A stretch of DNA of 64,000 nt from Camelus dromedarius (lineage: Eukaryota). Of the stretch, positions 59,151 through 64,000 are shown in pieces. The translations under genes were made by a program, and so were the position numbers. Numbering within the stretch: position 1 is the first letter of the stretch; every line of letters begins with the position of its first letter. The DNA lies in assembly GCF_036321535.1 (NCBI RefSeq), contig NC_087447.1, positions 50,842,001 through 50,906,000 of the forward strand, written 5' to 3'. Under the pieces are notes generated by a model, which saw nothing but the letters and a program-made list of their open reading frames with translations, searched no databases and was not told where the DNA came from.

Positions 59151-61341
59151 TGAGGGGCAGGGACCCGAGAAATCAAAGGGGTCACAGCTCTCACCTGACA
59201 TCTGTCTGTCCACGGGGCTGGGGGGACAGGACGGCACCCTTGACCTCTGCCTCCCAGCAGCCTTTCTCCACCATGGGTATCGGTTCACTTGGGTTTTCTG
59301 CGCTCTACTCTGGGCTGGGCGCCAGAGACACAGAGATGGATCCAATCCGCTCTGTGGCCTCGTGAGGGAAACCAGGGGTCTGTGGGTCCTGAGGGTCCCA
59401 ATTCCCAGCCTCCCACCTGCGCTTGCTAGAGCTGCAGCTCAGGAGTTGGTGCATGCTGGGGCAGTGTCTAGGAAGTGCTCCCTCCTTCTCCCTGAAAACT
59501 CTGGCCCAACTTCCTGCCTGAGGAATTTGAGGTACAGGCTCCCTCTGCCCCTTGCTTAGGGCCCCAGGCCTATGACCAGTCATGAGCAGAGCAGGGTGGC
59601 TTGGTTGGGAGGGACCCTGGCTGCTGGAGGGGGCCCCACGACTTCCTCATCTCAGGCCCTAGTTGTGTGAGAGCGGGACCAATTTGCACATAAGTTGCCA
59701 AGGGCTCCAAGGTCAGCGGCCTCTTCCCTAACCTAGGAGCCCCATGTGTCTCCCCAACTCCGCCCCCCAACACTTTGCCTTCCTGGGTTAGCTGCCCACA
59801 AGGCTCCACCTGACACTGAGGGCTCCCTGCATCCCTCTGCATCTAGGCCTGGCTCACCCCCAGGCCCTCCCTGCCCTCCAGAAGAGACTCATGCTCTCCC
59901 TCCCCTGCTCTGTCTCTCCGTCCTTGGCAACCTCCTCTCCCTCATCTGTCACCCCTCACACCAGTCAGCTGTTGAAGCCCATCCATTCTGCTGGCTGACA
60001 GCTCCAGCCTCTGTCCCCCACCTCCGCTCCTCTGCCTTCCCTGGGCCTCCTGCGTGTTCACTGCCATCATGCACGTGGCCTGTGGTTGTTCTGGGTTGGG
60101 TGCCACTGCTTATGAATTCCTTTTGTTTTGGGCACTTGCCACGTGTGGGCACTGCACCAGGCCTTTGAGACCCAGCTGTGAGCAGAGCAGATGTGGCCTT
60201 TGCCCTCGGCCAGCTCACGGGGTCTCTGCCCTGCGCCGGCAGTGCCCTAGCCTGTGCACGTCCCAGAGCCCTGTGCCAGGCCTCTTGTAGAGTGGACAGA
60301 TGTGAATTAGCATGGTCTTTAGGGTCATCAGGGTAAAAATACTTTATTTTGAGATAATTTCAAGCTTAAAGAAAAATTGTAAGTTAAAAAACTAGACCTG
60401 CTGTGTGCAGTATACACGTCACCCTGACTCGCCATTTGTAACACTGTCCCACATTTGCTTTACGATGTTCTCTGTCTGCACACATACATATTTTTTCTGA
60501 GCCATTTAAGATTAGGTTGGAGGCACTGAGCCCCTTGTCCCTGAATACCCACTGCTCCTGGGGTGGCACTGCCTCAAGGCCCTTGCTTAGTGCCTGGAAA
60601 CGCTACCGTGGATGCGCTGACTCATGCGTGACTTTCTCTATGTTTGTGTTCGTAGATGATAAAAACCCTGAGTTCATTCTGATCCCTTCAGTCCTCCTCC
60701 AACACCACCCAGTTCTTACTGAAGCTCGTCAGGATATTTTTAGATAATAAGACGTCGGTGCTTTAGTTTTTTGGCAGGAGTGTTGCATCACCCCCGCTGC
60801 TGCCCAGCCAGGCTCCAACCCTTCTCCATTCTGCCATCATCCTACCTCCCAGGCCTGCCTGTCGGTGTCCACTAAAAGCCCATCTCGCAGTGATGGGCGG
60901 CCTCGCTCACATTCCACGTCACTTGGCTCCTACACGTCCGTTTCCAACTCCCTCTTCTCGGTCAGCTCTGGCTCACATCCCCCACCCTCCTTCCCCCTTA
61001 GCCACTCATGTTCCTGTTCCCCAAACACTCCCCCAACACCAAATCCCTGCCTTTACACCTTGCACGTGTGCTGGCTGGGACTGTGGGCTTTCTTGTCACT
61101 CTGCTAAATCAGGAGCTCCCTGAGAGAGGACCCATGTTTCTCTAGTAAGTGCTCACTGATGTCGTTGGAATTGGAGGAAGATGGAGTGATGGGAGTGGCT
61201 ATGGGCTGGAGGGAGGCCATAGTGCACAGGGGGACGTGGCAGCCTGGGGCCCACATCTGGCTTCAGGACAGGGACATTTTATTTCCAGACAGAGCTTGTG
61301 CCATGTCTTCTGTCCCCCTGTCCTCATCTGTCCACCTCCAG

Positions 61342-61459
61342 GGGATTTATGCCCAGAGGAGAACTGATGCCCAGAAGGTCAAAGAGGATGTGGTCAATTA
61401 TGCTCGCTTCAAGTGGCCCTTGCTCTTCTCCAGGTTCTACGAAGCCTACAAGTTCTCAG
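61342..61459 (+). CDS. MYO7A: Exon 33 (GIYAQRR...[15 protein letters not shown])
   Basis: AG/GT flanked, 118 nt. Confidence 0.97.
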
Positions 61460-62158
61460 GTACCGTCAGCCCTCCTGCCTCCAGCCCCTCCCTCTATGGC
61501 TCTGGCCCTCGGTGGAGGGAGGGGAATGGTTGGAGCCAGACCCCAGCCTCCTGCCTGCAGGGTTGCGTGGTCTCTCTGGGTCAGTGGGCTGTGCCTCCCT
61601 GCAGTCCAGTAGGGCTCTGTGGCACATAATAGGTGCCCAGCCACACACTGGGTTGAACGATTGAGTATTGTGATCATTAAAGCACCTACTGTATACAGAA
61701 GAGGGCAGCCCAGAGCACAGGCTGGGCTGACTCTGAAGCTGACAGTGGATGCGGCCGACACAAACCTGCATAGGCCATTGACTTAGCCATCCTCAGCCCG
61801 TCAGTACCAGGCGTCTGCTCTGTGCCAGGCCCTGTGCCGGTGCTGGGCTTCATAGGACCACCAAATATCAGGTCAGAGGGAACCTTGGAGCTCGGTAGGT
61901 CCAATCGCTCCCCATAGCCCACCTCACCGCAGGCCAAGGACTTGTCCCAAGCTGCACAGACACCAGTGGCCAGGATGGGGCTCAAACCCAGCTCTATAAT
62001 CCAGCACTCTCTTCCTGCCACACCTCAGGTTTGGCTTGTAGGGAGGTTGTGTTCTCTGAGCCTCAGTTTCCCCATCTGTAAGATGGACATCAGTATACCT
62101 CACTCTAGCCACCTCCCTGGTGGTTATGAGGATCAGAAAGGGCAGGGCCCAGGAGTGA

Positions 62159-62395
<237 letters not shown>

Positions 62396-63272
62396 TAGGG
62401 ATGGGTCTCAAACCCAGGGTCCTGATTCAGCACTTTGTGAAGTGAGGAGGTGCAGGTGGAGACACAGACAGACAGAGGAGGAAGGAGGGGACTCCTGGGG
62501 CTTTCCTGCAGTCATGGGGCCTTTGAGGGAAGCCTCTGCCTCACAGAGGATATCACCAAGGTGCAGAGACACATAGTGACCTGTCCTGGTCGCATGTGGC
62601 TGAGCAGGTGGTGCTGCACAGTGCAGAGCCCTCGGGCACCTTCCTCCTAGTAGGGTGGACGGGGTCCTTGCAGTGCATTTGTGGTTGCTCTGAGATGGGT
62701 GTGGAAGATTAGGAGGACAGTTGGGGGCAGTTGAGCGTGTACAGAAAGAGCTGGCCTCACCTCCATGTCCTCATCCCTAAAATGAAGGTCTTTCCTTCAG
62801 TAACAGTAGTGAGGAATAAATACAGTAATTTGTAAACTAAAAAGTGCAATCCACATGGGAACAATGGTGGGGGTGGGTTCCTGGAATTGACTGGGGTTCC
62901 CAGCAGTGCCTCCTCGCCGATCTGGGGCTGGTAGGAGTGTCTCTGGGCTGTGTCCCAGGTGGGCCAGGGTTGGGTCATGTCTGGCTCTGACCAGACACGG
63001 GATGCAGTAGTGACCAGATGGTCCTTGTCCTCCCGTGGCTTCAGTCGAGAGGGGAGATGGACATTGAATAAGCCATTTTAAAGTAAGGACCAGTGTGCTG
63101 AGGGCTGTGGGAGGGCAGGGAGGGCTTCCTGGAGGAAGTGGTACCTAGGCTGAGGCCTAAAGGGTGAGTGGGAATCAGACAGAAAAGGGGAAGTGAGCTC
63201 CCCCCTGCAGGCCTCCCCCTGGACCACATGTAACTGGCCCAGCCATGTCTGACTCAGGCTGAGCACATCTGA

Positions 63273-63710
<438 letters not shown>

Positions 63711-64000
63711 TAAGGTTGCTAGTGCCTGTTACCCATTCTTCCTAGGATGCCCTCAGTTCCAGCTGGACCAAATAGCCAAACTCTGTGCCTTCAATCTGTG
63801 CCCTGTGGGGAAACTTCCTCTCCCTTCTCCCTCCACCTGGTCCTTAAATAGGTATCATTAGCCACCATCTCCAGAGAAGATCAGGGATTCCGGATCAGTG
63901 TTCCCCAAATAGCCACCAACTTCAAATGATGACAGCAATACAACTATGGTCTGAGCATCCCCTGGGCCTCCGAGGCCCTGGGCAGAGTATGAAAAAGAGA

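Overview
This is mammalian genomic DNA, probably from a camelid judging by two tRNA-Ala-like SINEs of the vic-1 type. It carries the 5' part of MYO7A (myosin VIIa, the Usher 1B gene) on the + strand. Non-coding exon 1 and coding exons 2-35 were traced by hand. All are GT-AG flanked and in phase, giving 4852 coding nt: motor domain, 5 IQ motifs, SAH helix, MyTH4-1, FERM-1 and the start of SH3. The gene continues past the window end. Introns hold L1, L2, MIR, SINE and MER33-like remnants and three solo LTRs. No prokaryote-style novel system is present, and nearly all tracked ORFs are spurious or are exon read-throughs. The most interesting signals point to isoform tuning of the motor. First, a CpG-island alternative first coding exon in intron 2 (10379-10537) encodes a 53-aa N-terminus with a perfect (Ala-Asp-Pro)6 repeat. 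Second, a 54-nt in-frame cassette exon in intron 15 (34665-34718) would insert FLCGYSSGTLRQSAVPTK into actin-binding loop 2. Third, exon 35 has tandem acceptors with competing hairpins upstream. Fourth, a young antisense solo LTR sits just after exon 27. Comparisons with human or mouse are from memory and need checking.
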